64,000 nt of DNA from an uncultured Clostridia bacterium (GCA_947624625.1 CANQLD010000001.1:9830-73829), one strand, 5' to 3'. Counted from the first letter of the stretch, positions 11,550 to 22,186 are shown. The notes: a model not told the origin generated them from the sequence alone. Numbers and translations are program-made.

Positions 11550-11990
11550 TTAGTTTAATTAAAAAACTTTGGAACTTTCGGATGGAATATATATAAAAAA
11601 TATGAAGAAATATGGAATTATCTTATTATGGGAGCCTTAGGTGTACTTGTAAATGTAATTTCATACTCTTTATGTAGATTTATTGGTATAGATATTTTTG
11701 TTAGTAATTTAATTTCTTGGATAGTTTCTGTGCTTTTTATGTATATAACCAACAAATTATTTGTATTTAAAAGTAAAACAAATACTAAGCTTGAACTATT
11801 TAAGGAGTTTATATCATTTGTATTTGCTAGAATTTTCACTTTAGTAGTTGAAACAGGAATATTATATCTTGGTTCTAAGGTTTTAAATATTAATGATATT
11901 ATTGTAAAAGTTATAGCACAAGTTGTAATTATCATATTAAATTATATATTAAGTAAGTTATGGATATTTAAAAAAGATAAAAAAAGATAA
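11546..11990 (+). CDS. gtrA: GtrA-family membrane protein, frame-interrupted at CGG_A (codon 12)
   Basis: ATG at 11546 overlaps the upstream stop. MISLIKKLWNF, then CGG (11579-81), then GGA read in +1 joins the GtrA body GWNIYKK...MGALGVLVNVISY (the tracked ORF 11628..11990). Total is about 146 aa, typical GtrA length. Confidence 0.55.
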
Positions 11991-12021
11991 GTAACTACTC
12001 ATATAATACGTTTAAAAAGTT

Positions 12022-12055
12022 AAAGAAGTAAATATAAAATTTGCTTCTTTTTTTA
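12022..12055 (+). terminator. putative intrinsic terminator
   Basis: Imperfect hairpin AGAAGTAAAT...ATTTGCTTCT followed by a T7 run. Confidence 0.35.
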
Positions 12056-12152
12056 TGCGATATTGCCAAAAAAGAAATTATGGAAACATATTGCAAGTAT
12101 TTTGAAATTGTTATATAATGTAGATAATATTTCTGAAATTTGGAGGATTATT

Positions 12153-13733
12153 ATGAAATTAAACTTGAAATTAGACTTTAAACGTATTAATAAATGGTAT
12201 TTAAGTATATTTATTTTGCATTTTTTATTTACTTTTTATACAGATAGAATTATGTTTGATTTTAGCAAATTAAATGTAGTAAATTATATTTTTTGTAAAA
12301 TAATAACTTTAGTTGCACTTGGCTCTTTTTGGCATTTTATACGAGTTATATTTGTTGATAAAAATGCATTTGCAAAAAAGATGTTTAAAAATTTAATTAT
12401 TTACTTAGTTCCAATGTGTATATTACTTATTTTTATTTGGCCAGGAATTTGGCTTGGAAGTGATAACAAAACATTTTTTGAGCTTGCAACAACTGCAAAC
12501 TTTCATTATAAGTTAAATTATCTTTCATCTGTTTTTTATATAGTTTCATATATGATATTTCCTTTACCTACAGGCTCTGTTATAATGCAAACTATTTTAA
12601 TAGGAAGTGTAGCAGCATATATTTTAACTAAAACATTGGAATTAAATAATAATAAAAAAATATGTTATTTAATGTATTTACCGTTTTTTTTCTTACATAC
12701 AATTTTTTATATTTTCTATGTAAATAGACCTATAATTGTTGGTACGTTATATTTGTTGCTTGTAGCAATTATGTTATTTGACAAAGTTAATAAAAATACA
12801 TTAGATAATAAAAAGCTAGCTATATTAACTATATTAGTTTCATTATTAACAAGTTGGAGAAAAGAGCAATTTTATTTAGTAATTGCGATTCCTATTGTTA
12901 TATTTATAGCATATAATTTAAAACTAAATAAGAAAAATTTAATAAAAGTTTTATTGCCTATATTTTTAGCAAGCTTAATTGTGTATATACCACAACAAAT
13001 TGCATTTAGAGATAAGATGACAAATATAAATAAAAATATGCCAACGTATATCACTCCACTTTCTTGTATGCTAAATATGGATTTAAAAAAAGACAATTTA
13101 GAAGAAGATTTAAAGAAGATTGATAAAGTGGTAGATGTTGAAATTTGTAAGCAATATTATTCTCATAGTGATTGTGCACCTATGTACCATGAAGGCTGGT
13201 TAAGAGATTTTACATTAGAAGATTATGACGAATTTTTAGAGGGGTATTCTTCTATTATTAAGAATAATATAGATAAATTCTTAAAAGCTAAGTATTTAAC
13301 TTTTATTGAAGCTACATCAATTGATGGAGATTTATTTTCATCAATAGGTCTATATAGTAGTAATGAAGATACTTTGTATTCCACAGGTTATAGGTCTTCT
13401 AAAGTAATTTTTGATTATAATTTAAGAATTAACTTTTTGAAAGTTATAGAAGGAAAAACTGATATAAGTAAATTTAATAAATTATATAACTTAGCATTTA
13501 ATCTATTTATACCACTTATAGCAATATTTGTTATATTTGTTTTATCTATATTCAAAAGGAATTTATTTAATTTCTTGGTAAGTGGCATGCTTTTGGGACA
13601 AGCTATGATAGTATTTTTAACAGCTCCGGCAAGTTATTTTATGTATTACTTTTATTTATATTTAACTGGTTGGTTTTTTATAACATACTATTTATGTATG
13701 TTTATTTCAAAAAAAATTAAAAGTAAGAAGTAG
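12153..13733 (+). CDS. large polytopic membrane protein (paralog of 9105..10742)
   Basis: RBS TGGAGG 6 nt before ATG 12153 (the tracked ORF starts at TTG 12063). WPGIW and FLTAPASYFMYYF motifs. Confidence 0.45.
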   Translation: MKLNLKLDFKRINKWYLSIFILHFLFTFYTDRIMFDFSKLNVVNYIFCKIITLVALGSFWHFIRVIFVDKNAFAKKMFKNLIIYLVPMCILLIFIWPGIWLGSDNKTFFELATTANFHYKLNYLSSVFYIVSYMIFPLPTGSVIMQTILIGSVAAYILTKTLELNNNKKICYLMYLPFFFLHTIFYIFYVNRPIIVGTLYLLLVAIMLFDKVNKNTLDNKKLAILTILVSLLTSWRKEQFYLVIAIPIVIFIAYNLKLNKKNLIKVLLPIFLASLIVYIPQQIAFRDKMTNINKNMPTYITPLSCMLNMDLKKDNLEEDLKKIDKVVDVEICKQYYSHSDCAPMYHEGWLRDFTLEDYDEFLEGYSSIIKNNIDKFLKAKYLTFIEATSIDGDLFSSIGLYSSNEDTLYSTGYRSSKVIFDYNLRINFLKVIEGKTDISKFNKLYNLAFNLFIPLIAIFVIFVLSIFKRNLFNFLVSGMLLGQAMIVFLTAPASYFMYYFYLYLTGWFFITYYLCMFISKKIKSKK

Positions 13734-13747
13734 TATTTATGGTAATG

Positions 13748-13782
13748 AAGAAGCAATTGTTTATTTGCTTCTTCGTTTTTTC
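13748..13782 (+). terminator. intrinsic terminator
   Basis: GAAGAAGCAA-loop-TTGCTTCTTC perfect 10-bp stem plus T-run. Confidence 0.6.
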
Positions 13783-13841
13783 TTGCATAGTGACAAATAA
13801 AATGTTATAATACTAAATATATAATAGGAGAAAGATTTAAT

Positions 13842-14630
13842 ATGAAAGATAATCCTGTGAAGATAATACATTATTGTTGGTTTGGGCCAAGACCTTTATC
13901 TAAACTTGCAAAAAAATGTATGAAAAGTTGGAGTAAATTTTTGCCTGATTATGAAATAAAATTATGGAATGAAGATAATTTTGATTATAATCAAAATGAA
14001 TTTGTAAAACAAGCATATAAGGAAAAAAAGTGGGCCTTTGTATCAGACTATGCTAGGCTTAAAGCACTTTCAGAATATGGAGGAATATATTTTGATACTG
14101 ATATGGAAATCTTAAAAGATATTTCTGATATTTTGAAAAAGGAGTGTTTTCTTGGCATTGAAGATTCTGGTCTTATAAATGCAGCAGTTATTGGAGCAAA
14201 GAAACCACATAATGTATTTATTGATAAATTAATTGCACAATATGATAATTTGGAAGGCTTTGATAAAAAAGATATTTATGCAATGTCAATTCCAAGGCAA
14301 ATTACAAAAATGATTAAGCCTTTAGGATTTAAAGAAGATAGTAGTGAAATACAAGAATTTTTTGATGGAAATTTAAGTGTATTTCCAAGAGATTATTTTT
14401 ATCCATTAAGTTATGATTATCAGAATAACAAGTATAGTGAAAATTCTTGTATGGTACATAGATTTGACGCAACTTGGGCTAGTAAACCGGAGAAAGCAAA
14501 GCTTTTCTTTAGAAGGCATAATATGAAATTTATGATGAGAGCGGTTGATATATGCGTTAGTATAAAAATAAGAATAAAAAGAATTGTAAATAGACTAAGG
14601 GGAATTCCTAATGAAAATATAGGAGAATAA
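13842..14630 (+). CDS. GT32-like glycosyltransferase (DXD sugar-binding region)
   Basis: IIHYCWFG...YFDTDME motifs. Confidence 0.55.
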   Translation: MKDNPVKIIHYCWFGPRPLSKLAKKCMKSWSKFLPDYEIKLWNEDNFDYNQNEFVKQAYKEKKWAFVSDYARLKALSEYGGIYFDTDMEILKDISDILKKECFLGIEDSGLINAAVIGAKKPHNVFIDKLIAQYDNLEGFDKKDIYAMSIPRQITKMIKPLGFKEDSSEIQEFFDGNLSVFPRDYFYPLSYDYQNNKYSENSCMVHRFDATWASKPEKAKLFFRRHNMKFMMRAVDICVSIKIRIKRIVNRLRGIPNENIGE

Positions 14631-14633
14631 GTT

Positions 14634-15563
14634 ATGAGTAAAATAACAGTAATAATTCCTTGTTTTAATGAGGAAAAAACAATACCACTTTTCTATGATG
14701 AAATGGAAAGAGTAAGAAAAAAAGATTTTAAAGGTATAGAATTTGAATATATATTTGTAAATGATGGCTCAAAAGATAATACTTTAAATATAGTTAAAGA
14801 ATTGAGCAAAAAAGATAAAAAAGTAAGATATATTTCTTTTTCTAGAAATTTTGGTAAAGAGGCAGCTATGCTTGCTGGCCTAGAGGAAAGTAGTGGAGAC
14901 TATGTTACACTAATGGATGCTGATTTACAAGACCCACCAGCTATGTTAAGAGAAATGTATGATTTAATAAAAAATGAAGACTATGATGCCGTTGGTACAA
15001 GACGTGTATCTAGAAAAGGAGAACCACCAATAAGGAGTTTCTTTGCAAGACTTTTTTACAAGATTATAAATAAAATGTCTAACATTGAAATGGTTGATGG
15101 AGCAAGAGATTATCGTTTAATGTCAAGACAAGTGGTAGATTCGATACTTGAGTTAGGAGAGTATAATAGATATTCTAAAGGACTTTGGAGTTTTGTTGGA
15201 TTTAATACTAAATGGCTAGAATATGAAAATGTAGAAAGAGTAGCAGGAGAGAGTAAATGGTCTTTTTGGAAGTTATTTAAGTATGCTATGGAAGGAATAA
15301 CTGCATTTTCTACTGTTCCACTAGTTTTATCTTCATTTATTGGATTATTCTTTTGTTTTGTTGCTTTTATATTAATAATAGTAATAATAGTAAAAACACT
15401 TGCATTTGGTGACCCAACAGGTGGTTGGCCATCACTTGTATGTATAATATTTTTTGTAAGTGGAGTACAATTATTTTCACTTGGAGTTATAGGTCAATAT
15501 TTGTCAAAAACATATTTAGAAGTAAAAAGGAGACCTATATATATAATTAAAGAAAAGAATTAA
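14634..15563 (+). CDS. GtrB-like GT2, polyprenyl-phosphate sugar transferase
   Basis: ITVIIPCFNEE...VNDGSKDNT...MDADLQD plus two C-terminal TM helices. Confidence 0.75.
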   Translation: MSKITVIIPCFNEEKTIPLFYDEMERVRKKDFKGIEFEYIFVNDGSKDNTLNIVKELSKKDKKVRYISFSRNFGKEAAMLAGLEESSGDYVTLMDADLQDPPAMLREMYDLIKNEDYDAVGTRRVSRKGEPPIRSFFARLFYKIINKMSNIEMVDGARDYRLMSRQVVDSILELGEYNRYSKGLWSFVGFNTKWLEYENVERVAGESKWSFWKLFKYAMEGITAFSTVPLVLSSFIGLFFCFVAFILIIVIIVKTLAFGDPTGGWPSLVCIIFFVSGVQLFSLGVIGQYLSKTYLEVKRRPIYIIKEKN

Positions 15564-15574
15564 AGTAAAAAAGT

Positions 15575-15607
15575 GTTTCCGTAAAAAAATGGAAATGCTT
15601 TTTTTAT
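15575..15607 (+). terminator. putative terminator
   Basis: GTTTCC...GGAAATGC hairpin followed by TTTTTTT. Confidence 0.35.
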
Positions 15608-15711
15608 TAAATTGTTGCAAAAAAATTGCTTTAACATAACATTTTATTGCGTTTTTTATAGATTTTCTTGCAAAAGTATAGTATAATAGGAGTGTCAAAA
15701 AAGGTGGTTAA

Positions 15712-16443
15712 ATGAATAAAGAAGAAAAAATTGCATTTGTTATACCAGCATACAATGAAGAACAAAATATATTAAAAGTAATAGATGAAATAAAAAAAGA
15801 ATTTAAAAGTGCAAAAATAATTGTAGTAAATGATGCATCTAAAGATAATACAAGTAAAATAGTGCTAGAAAAAAATGTAACTTGTATTTCACATGCCTTT
15901 AATATGGGGTATGCTATGGCACTACAAACAGGGATAAAGTATGCTAAAAGTAAAGGCTATAAAAGAGTAGTGCAATTTGATGCAGATGGACAACATATTG
16001 CAACTGAAGCAAGAAAACTTATAAATAAATTAGAAGAAACTAAAGCAGATATTGTAATAGGCTCTAGATTTCTAGAAAAGGATAGCTATAAACAAACATT
16101 TTTTAGAAGAGTTGGTACAAGCATATTTTCATCTCTAATAAAATTGTTTTGTAAAAAGAAAATTTCCGACCCAACATCTGGTTTTCAGTGTTTAGGTGAA
16201 AAAGCAATAGAAAGATTTTCTACATTTGGAAAGTATCCTGAATTTCCTGATGCAAATTTAATAATTGAACTTTTATATAGTGGATTTAAGATAGAAGAAG
16301 TGCCAGTTAAAATGAGACTTAGAGAGTTCGGAGAAAGTATGCATAGTGGAATATTAAAACCAATAAAGTATATGATTAGCATTTTATACACTATTTGCAT
16401 TATAATTCTTAGAAATACTTTTAGAATGAGAGGTACAAATTAA
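15712..16443 (+). CDS. family 2 glycosyltransferase (DPM1-like)
   Basis: IAFVIPAYNEEQNI...VNDASKDNT...FDADGQH. Confidence 0.7.
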   Translation: MNKEEKIAFVIPAYNEEQNILKVIDEIKKEFKSAKIIVVNDASKDNTSKIVLEKNVTCISHAFNMGYAMALQTGIKYAKSKGYKRVVQFDADGQHIATEARKLINKLEETKADIVIGSRFLEKDSYKQTFFRRVGTSIFSSLIKLFCKKKISDPTSGFQCLGEKAIERFSTFGKYPEFPDANLIIELLYSGFKIEEVPVKMRLREFGESMHSGILKPIKYMISILYTICIIILRNTFRMRGTN

Positions 16444-16796
16444 TGAATATTTTTTATATTATTATTGGTGTTTTATTATTTGTATATATTATAAGTGTAG
16501 TAATAAAAGGTACATTTGATGTTTATGAAAGTATTTTTTGGTTAATTGGAACTATTGTAATTTTAATTCTTTCAATATTTCCAAATCTAATTATATGGCT
16601 TGCTGGCCTTATTGGAATAGAATATGCACCATCTTTACTATTTTTACTTGTAGCAGTATTTTTACTTTTTATTAATTTTAGAAATACACAAAAAATAGTA
16701 AATCAAAAAGAAAAAATATTATCTCTTGAACAAGATGTGTCAATTCTAAAATATGAAATTAATAACTTAAAAGAAAATGAGGAAAAAAATGAATAA
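16443..16796 (+). CDS. small membrane protein (DUF2304-like)
   Basis: 117 aa, 3 TM segments plus a C-terminal coiled region. Translationally coupled to flanking GT2 genes. Confidence 0.35.
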   Translation: MNIFYIIIGVLLFVYIISVVIKGTFDVYESIFWLIGTIVILILSIFPNLIIWLAGLIGIEYAPSLLFLLVAVFLLFINFRNTQKIVNQKEKILSLEQDVSILKYEINNLKENEEKNE

Positions 16797-17835
16797 TAAA
16801 AAGAAGTATAAGGTAAGTGTTATTGTTCCTTGTTATAAAGTTGAAAAATATATTAAAAGATGTTTAAATTCTTTAGTAAATCAAACACTTGATAATTTTG
16901 AAATTATATGTGTAAATGATGGCTCTCCTGATAATACTTTAAATATATTAAATAAATATAAAGAGAAATATAAAGATTTTTTTAGAGTAATTGATAAGGA
17001 AAATGAAGGAGTTTGGAAAGCAAGACTTGATGGAGTAAAAATTGCACAGGGAAGGTATATAGCAATAGTTGATTCTGATGATTATGTTGAAAAAGATTAT
17101 TTAAAAAAACTATATAATGCAGCAAAAAATAATAAATCAGATATATCTATTTGTGGTTTTTCAAGAATAGATAATGAAACTGGAAAAGTATTTTCAAAAG
17201 AAATGAATAGATTTGAAGGCAAAGACATTTATATGGATAAAAATCCTGAAGATATTATTTCTATAAATGGAGCTTTATGGAATAAGTTATATAAAGCAGA
17301 ACTTTTAAAAAATTTAAAAACTTTTGAAAAGCCTCCAATAGTTTTTGAAGATATGATGCTTTTTTTATTAATAGCTATGAAAGTTAAAAAAATTTCTTTT
17401 ATAAATGATTGTTTATACAATTACATGGTAAGAGAAGGAACTGCAATTTCAACTATTGATGTTAATAAAAAGACATTAAGTGAAGAAACAATGATTACTA
17501 TAAGAAAAATGTATGGTAATTTTAATAAAGATTTGATACAGGTAATAGACTCACTTGCATTTTTACATTTTGGTATTTCTCTTATGTTTAGAATTTCATA
17601 TGATAAAAGCTTTAATTTAAAAGAAGAACTTAAGAAAAATAGAAAATACTTAGATGAAAATTTTCCAACTTGGAGGAGTACAAAGTATTTATCAGTATTT
17701 TATTGTATAAAAAATAAAGGCAAAAATTTAAAAGTAGCCATAATGAAGAAAGTATATGTTTTACATATGCTAGGTATATTTTTGAAAGTATATAGATTTA
17801 TGATAGATAAACTAAAAATTGATATAAAATGGTAA
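16777..17835 (+). CDS. family 2 glycosyltransferase
   Basis: VSVIVPCYKVEKYI...VNDGSPDNT...DSDD. Confidence 0.7.
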   Translation: MRKKMNNKKKYKVSVIVPCYKVEKYIKRCLNSLVNQTLDNFEIICVNDGSPDNTLNILNKYKEKYKDFFRVIDKENEGVWKARLDGVKIAQGRYIAIVDSDDYVEKDYLKKLYNAAKNNKSDISICGFSRIDNETGKVFSKEMNRFEGKDIYMDKNPEDIISINGALWNKLYKAELLKNLKTFEKPPIVFEDMMLFLLIAMKVKKISFINDCLYNYMVREGTAISTIDVNKKTLSEETMITIRKMYGNFNKDLIQVIDSLAFLHFGISLMFRISYDKSFNLKEELKKNRKYLDENFPTWRSTKYLSVFYCIKNKGKNLKVAIMKKVYVLHMLGIFLKVYRFMIDKLKIDIKW

Positions 17836-17838
17836 AGG

Positions 17839-18198
17839 ATGAAAATTAATATGTTAAAATATTTTTTAGTATGTATTTATTTAGTATTAACTCTTTCAGG
17901 GTTGGTACTTATGAAAAAAGGTGGAAATCCTGGAAAAATAAAAATTAATAAAAAAGAAATTGGTTTATCAATGAGCCCTGTTAGTGCACTAGGTTTTGTA
18001 TGCTATTTGTGTAGTTTTTTACTATTTACAAAAATTGTAGTTATGTTTGATTTAAGTTATATTATGCCGATTGTTACAGGTGTAGTGCAAATTGCTACTT
18101 TATTTATAGCAAACATGTTTTTTAAAGAAAAAATTAGCAAGATATCAATAATAGGTGCAAGCTTTATTATTATTGGAATATTTATAATGAATATTTAG
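17839..18198 (+). CDS. small 4-TM protein, ArnE/ArnF (SMR/EamA-like) flippase subunit candidate
   Basis: 119 aa, paralogous to the next ORF. Confidence 0.4.
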   Translation: MKINMLKYFLVCIYLVLTLSGLVLMKKGGNPGKIKINKKEIGLSMSPVSALGFVCYLCSFLLFTKIVVMFDLSYIMPIVTGVVQIATLFIANMFFKEKISKISIIGASFIIIGIFIMNI

Positions 18199-18206
18199 GG
18201 GGAAAT

Positions 18207-18584
18207 ATGAAAAAATATATTTTAGTTGTTTTTTATATATTACTTTATATAGCAGGGTTAATTTTACTAAAACTTGGTGGAAACACAGGAAGTTTAGTTA
18301 TTGAAAATGGTTCATTTGTTTTCTCAATGAACCTAATAAGTTTAGTTGGTTTTATTTCATATATACTAAGCTTTTTGTTATTTACTAATATAATTGTAAA
18401 ATTTGATTTAAGTTATATTATGCCAGTAAGTTCTGGACTTGTTCAACTTATTACTTTAATTTCAGGTTTTGTTATATTTAATGAACAAATAAAAATTAAA
18501 GGAATAATTGGAGCAGTTATTGTTATTATTGGTATAATAATAATGAATATAAAAAGTAAAGAACAAGAAGTAAATAATAATTAA
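18207..18584 (+). CDS. small 4-TM protein, paired paralog of the preceding ORF
   Basis: 125 aa. Shares the (K/N)FDLSYIMP(I/V) segment with 17839. Confidence 0.4.
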   Translation: MKKYILVVFYILLYIAGLILLKLGGNTGSLVIENGSFVFSMNLISLVGFISYILSFLLFTNIIVKFDLSYIMPVSSGLVQLITLISGFVIFNEQIKIKGIIGAVIVIIGIIIMNIKSKEQEVNNN

Positions 18585-18607
18585 AAATTCTAAATAAAGG
18601 ATTAATT

Positions 18608-20629
18608 ATGATGAATAAAATAAAAAAAATATTTAAGTTAAAAAACCTATTAATTATATTTATCATATGTATATTATCAGTATTATCTATGTTTAATTTT
18701 AGTGTTGCTTTATATTCAAAAAATACTAATGAAGTGACAGTTTATCTAAATAAAGGTGATATAGTTAATGATATTATACTTAGTAATAATAGTTTGAATT
18801 TAAAGAAATTTAAAAATAATAATATTGAATTTGATAAAATTGTAAAAGATGAGGCAATTGAAGAACAATGGCTAAATATTATTAATGATACAGATATAAA
18901 AATAGACATGTCTGTTATAGATAATTTGACTGTAGAAGTAACTTCAAATTCAGAAAAAATAAAATATAAAATTAATGGTGAGGAATTTGAAAATATTGGC
19001 ACTACTATTTATATTCCAAATTCCAAAATTAGTGTACTAAAAGATAGTATAAATAATAAAAGTGCAATTATTTTTGCTATTTCATTTATTGTTTTTGCTA
19101 TTATAGTACCACTTTTAAAGTATTTACTAGATAAGATTAAAGAGGATAAATTAAAATTATGGGATATTGCACTAATGCTTTTTACAGTATTTTTAATATA
19201 TCTATCAAATATTTACTTATTTATGTTACTAAATAAATTATTAGCTATTATACCATCACTAATTCTAACTTTATTTGTGCTTTGGAAATTTAAGTTTAAT
19301 ATAAAAGAGTGGAAAAATATATTTTTGCTTGTAACTTCTATAGTTGGTGTAATGATGTTATTTATGATTACACCTGGAAATGTTCCAGATGAATATTCGC
19401 ATTATATAAGGTCGTATGTAGATTCAGTATCAATTAGTAAAGAGTGGAAAGATAATGCTAAAATGCCAGTAAGTATTAATGATTTAATGGAAAAATTTAC
19501 TTATAATAGACATAGTACTAAAATAAAATATTCAGCTGAGTCATATATGACAGAACTATTAAAAAGTAATGATTATGATACATTAAAGAAAAGTAATATA
19601 GGTTATGAAAATACAAAATATTTAAGCTTTTTACCTTATTTACCATCTACAATAATAAATGTAATAGGTAGAAATTTAAGATTACCTGTATTTATAACAT
19701 TTATGCTTTGTAGATTAATAAACTTGATAGTTTCTACAATGCTATGTTATATGGCAATAGCTATTTCTCCAAGATTTAAAAAGATTTTTGCTTTAATTGC
19801 TATTTTACCTATTTTTATGCAACAGGCAATAGGGGTAGATATGGATTATTTAACTGATTCAGTAGCAATTTTACTTATTGCTATAATATTAAAATATCGC
19901 TTTGAAGATATAAATTTAGGTATAAAAGACTTAATATGTATAGCAATGGTAGGAATATCACTTGGACTTTGTAAATTTGGATATTTTCCTTTATTAATTT
20001 TGATATTTATGATACCAAACAAAAAATTTGCAAATAAAAAAGTTGCTATAATTTTTAAGTTGTCATTAATATTAATTCCTATTATAATATCATATTTTGC
20101 AAACTTTAGTGCAGTTAGTAATCCAAATACAAATGAAACAGAAAAATATACTATAAAAACAGTTCTCTTAAATCCAATTAATTCTGCTAAAGTATGTGTA
20201 AAGACACTTATAGGTAGATTTGCAGATGATAGTTTAAGTAAACAAATAGATGGATTTGGTTGGTCAACAAAAAGCCAGTTAAAACTTTCATTATGGGTAC
20301 TTGCTTCAGTATATATAATTTGCCTTTTTTCAGATAATGAAGAGAGTCAATATTTAACAAAGAAAGATAGAATAGTTATGCTAGGCATATTTTCATTTAT
20401 ATATTTAATATTGTATGGTATTGCATTTACAGAATGGACTAGTATTATTTCTGATGAAATAACAGGACTTCAAGCAAGATACTTTATACCTATTTTACCT
20501 TTGTTTTATATTGCAATTTCTAATAATTTCTTTAAAAATACAATGAATAATAAATGGAAGTTTTATACAATATCTATCTTTATTTCACAACTATTATCCA
20601 TTATGTCGATAGTTACTGCTTTTTATTAA
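18608..20629 (+). CDS. large polytopic membrane protein (GT-C / DUF2142-like candidate)
   Basis: 673 aa, more than 10 TM segments, PGNVPDEYSHY segment. Confidence 0.35.
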   Translation: MMNKIKKIFKLKNLLIIFIICILSVLSMFNFSVALYSKNTNEVTVYLNKGDIVNDIILSNNSLNLKKFKNNNIEFDKIVKDEAIEEQWLNIINDTDIKIDMSVIDNLTVEVTSNSEKIKYKINGEEFENIGTTIYIPNSKISVLKDSINNKSAIIFAISFIVFAIIVPLLKYLLDKIKEDKLKLWDIALMLFTVFLIYLSNIYLFMLLNKLLAIIPSLILTLFVLWKFKFNIKEWKNIFLLVTSIVGVMMLFMITPGNVPDEYSHYIRSYVDSVSISKEWKDNAKMPVSINDLMEKFTYNRHSTKIKYSAESYMTELLKSNDYDTLKKSNIGYENTKYLSFLPYLPSTIINVIGRNLRLPVFITFMLCRLINLIVSTMLCYMAIAISPRFKKIFALIAILPIFMQQAIGVDMDYLTDSVAILLIAIILKYRFEDINLGIKDLICIAMVGISLGLCKFGYFPLLILIFMIPNKKFANKKVAIIFKLSLILIPIIISYFANFSAVSNPNTNETEKYTIKTVLLNPINSAKVCVKTLIGRFADDSLSKQIDGFGWSTKSQLKLSLWVLASVYIICLFSDNEESQYLTKKDRIVMLGIFSFIYLILYGIAFTEWTSIISDEITGLQARYFIPILPLFYIAISNNFFKNTMNNKWKFYTISIFISQLLSIMSIVTAFY

Positions 20630-20650
20630 ACATTAAAGAGAGGAGAAAAA

Positions 20651-22168
20651 ATGGAAAAAATTAAGACTAAAATAAATGATATAAAAAAGTATGCTTTAGA
20701 AAATAAAATGATATGGGTATGTTTACTTATAGTTATAATTTTTCTTGGTGGCTTTATGAGACTTGAATATTCAAGATGTACTTTTAGAATGTATACTACT
20801 CCATATATGGAAGAATATAATCACTACTTAGTTTTAGGAAGATATATTGTTGCAATTTTTTGGAAACTAGTAAACGTATTAGGATTTTCTGTTAATGTAA
20901 CTTATACAATAAGTTATTTAATGGGAATAATTGCCGTTACACTTAGTATTTTTATGCTATATAATATTTTAAAAAAGCATATTAAAAATGATTTATTAAA
21001 TATTCTTATTTCAACAGGTATTATCTTAAATTGTTTTATAATTGATTACTTTTTATATATAGAAAAAGGAGTATTTGCTTTATCAATTTTATTTGCAATA
21101 GTTGCTTTGAAATTTTTACTTAACTTTTTTGAAAATAATAAAAAAAGAAATTTAATATATTCTTTTATATTTCTTTGTTTATCTTCATTTTCATATCAAG
21201 GCTCAGTAGGTCTTTATATAGCTATTGCAACAATATTTATAGTGAAATATTCAGATAATATAAAAAAGTTCATATATAATAATGTTACCACTGCTTTAGT
21301 ATATGGAGCTTCAATGGGGCTTTCATATTTACTAGTTAGAATAGTTGGCGACCAAACTACATCAAGAACTACAGGAGCACTATATTTATTTGAAAGTATA
21401 AAAAAAGTTATAAAGAACTTATGCAGATTATTTATAGAAACATATGGAACAATGCCTAAATTTTTCTTTGCAACTATTTTTACGATTGTATTTATAGGTA
21501 TTATATATATTATAATAAAAAATTGTAATAATGAAAAGAATAACAAAAATAGTAAAAAAATAGCTTTACTAGGGTATATATATATTCTTGCTGGGTGTAT
21601 TGTTGCTTCCATATTACCACAACTTGCTATTGATACTGCATCAATTTACTTTACTGCAAGAGCAATTTTTCCTTTTGCCTCAATAATTGCACTTTCTGCT
21701 TTGTATTTATGTGTAAATGTAAAAATAGATAAAAAGATATATGAAAGTTTTTTTATTGTAGTATTTGTAGTTTATCTATTTGTACAATTTGTAACATTTA
21801 GTAATATAATAAATGACCATTATACTTTAAATTATGTTGAGAAAAAGGATGTATTAAGCATTGGTAAAGAAATTGAAAAATATGAGGCTGAAAGTAATAA
21901 AAAAATAACTAAGGTTATATTCTATGTTGATAAAAATTCTAGATTTAGTTATGAAGGGCTTAAAGAGTATTCAGATATAAACGAGAGAGTATTAAGAACA
22001 AGATGGTGTAGAATAAATATATTAAATTATTACTTAAACAGAGACTTTGTACAAGAAGATAATCAAAATGAAGAATATAAAAAAGAATTTGAAAGTATTG
22101 ATTATAACGGATTTGATACAAAACAGTTAAAATTTGAAAACGATACTTTACATCTTTGTACTTATTAA
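20651..22168 (+). CDS. polytopic membrane protein
   Basis: 505 aa, multiple TM segments, strong RBS GAGAGGAG. Confidence 0.35.
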   Translation: MEKIKTKINDIKKYALENKMIWVCLLIVIIFLGGFMRLEYSRCTFRMYTTPYMEEYNHYLVLGRYIVAIFWKLVNVLGFSVNVTYTISYLMGIIAVTLSIFMLYNILKKHIKNDLLNILISTGIILNCFIIDYFLYIEKGVFALSILFAIVALKFLLNFFENNKKRNLIYSFIFLCLSSFSYQGSVGLYIAIATIFIVKYSDNIKKFIYNNVTTALVYGASMGLSYLLVRIVGDQTTSRTTGALYLFESIKKVIKNLCRLFIETYGTMPKFFFATIFTIVFIGIIYIIIKNCNNEKNNKNSKKIALLGYIYILAGCIVASILPQLAIDTASIYFTARAIFPFASIIALSALYLCVNVKIDKKIYESFFIVVFVVYLFVQFVTFSNIINDHYTLNYVEKKDVLSIGKEIEKYEAESNKKITKVIFYVDKNSRFSYEGLKEYSDINERVLRTRWCRINILNYYLNRDFVQEDNQNEEYKKEFESIDYNGFDTKQLKFENDTLHLCTY

Positions 22169-22186
22169 TAAAGAAAGGAGGAGATT

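Noticed and set aside
12063-12152. TTG start at 12063 for the membrane paralog
   Set aside because: No RBS there. TGGAGG sits 6 nt before ATG 12153, and the 30 extra residues are not membrane-like.
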